A stretch of 63,621 nt of DNA, filler included, from Octopus bimaculoides (Eukaryota), in assembly GCF_001194135.2 (NCBI RefSeq). It is 7 parts of 6 records of this genome, joined end to end, with 100 filler letters (N's around TTAATTAATTAA, not from the genome) between each part and the next. Parts side by side here need not be neighbours in the genome. Positions count along the whole stretch, not along the records: positions 62,294 to 63,621 come from NW_026400977.1; 6 more parts are not named here. One strand, 5' to 3'. Of this stretch, positions 63,168 through 63,621 are shown piece after piece; the stretch's first letter is position 1, and the number at the start of each line of letters is the position of its first letter. The translations under genes were made by a program, and so were the position numbers. The notes beneath the pieces are model-generated. The model was not told where the DNA came from, searched no databases, and saw only the letters and a list, made by a program, of their open reading frames with translations.

Positions 63168-63455
63168 TGTGGTGTATGCGTGCGAGTAGATGTAATCGCC
63201 TTACCTCAGTTTTCCTGTCGTCGACTGCGAGTCTGTCTTGCTGTATCCTATCCTTGAAGCTTGCCCCGACCCAAAGAACACTAGGAATAGCAGCTGCTTC
63301 TCCCAAACCTAAACCGTCGCTTGGCACGTCTTCTCCTGACCACGACCCCGTTCGAAAAGGGCATGAATCCCGGTCGAGGCTGCCGCTGCCCTTTTTCCTT
63401 TTCCGGTCAACTCGCCCTTCCGCTCAGCCTCCCCAGTCACTGACGTCATACCACA
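63168..63455 (-). mobile_element. 3' LTR (288 bp) of a Gypsy-type retrotransposon
   Basis: Ends TGTGGT...ACCACA; immediately preceded by purine-rich AAGATCAGGGTGGCG and the pol stop codon. Confidence 0.7.
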
Positions 63456-63487
63456 CGCCACCCTGATCTTAAAGATCACGTTCACCC

Positions 63488-63621
63488 CTACTCCAATTCG
63501 AAGTCCACCATCCAACCGGGCGGGCGCCTTACACGTCGAGATCTTCTCAAGCCAGGTGGCTCGTTTCCATCGCGCTCTTCATCCGATGAAGTGGCTATCC
63601 TGCGCAGGTCCAGCACGTGAC
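63488..63621 (-). mobile_element. C-terminus of Gypsy-type pol, truncated by the window edge
   Basis: HVLDLRR...PGLRRSRRVRRPPGWMVDFELE*, the typical RRSxRxRxPPxWxxDY/F post-integrase tail. Confidence 0.7.

Noticed and set aside
63070-63327. ORF with a strong donor as possible PPM1E exon 1
   Set aside because: Lies inside the LTR, has no PPM1E similarity, and its phase-0 end does not fit the phase-1 acceptor.

Overview
Eukaryotic, microsatellite- and SINE-saturated genomic DNA with many N gaps. The SINE families and repeat style point to an octopus (coleoid cephalopod) draft assembly; this is an inference. One gene is clearly recognisable: a minus-strand PPM1E/PPM1F-family PP2C phosphatase. 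Five exons with GT-AG junctions and matching phases (41929-41730, 40883-40695, 36766-36623, 35591-35495, 34899-33563) encode 654 aa, including an intact catalytic domain and a ~360-aa C-terminal tail. Its 5' exons were not found. A candidate first coding exon of a second minus-strand gene lies at 16483-16361, and a CpG-rich promoter-like segment lies at ~47.6-48.05 kb. The rest is transposon debris: tRNA-derived SINEs, mariner/Tc1, hAT, RTE, L1/Tx1-like, R4/Dong-like and the 3' end of a Gypsy-type LTR element. The most interesting unexplained structure is a set of at least five short dispersed repeat families carrying minimal type I hammerhead ribozyme motifs with palindromic stem III (Penelope-like/retrozyme-like). 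One fully canonical copy sits inside a perfect 58-bp inverted repeat on the PPM1E sense strand, and one fold-back palindrome breaks within 1 nt of a predicted self-cleavage site. Second are two fold-back MITEs with GG..CC ends, perfect 8-bp target duplications and a telomeric (CCCTAA/TTAGGG) core. All alignments and folds were done by eye; no searches were run.
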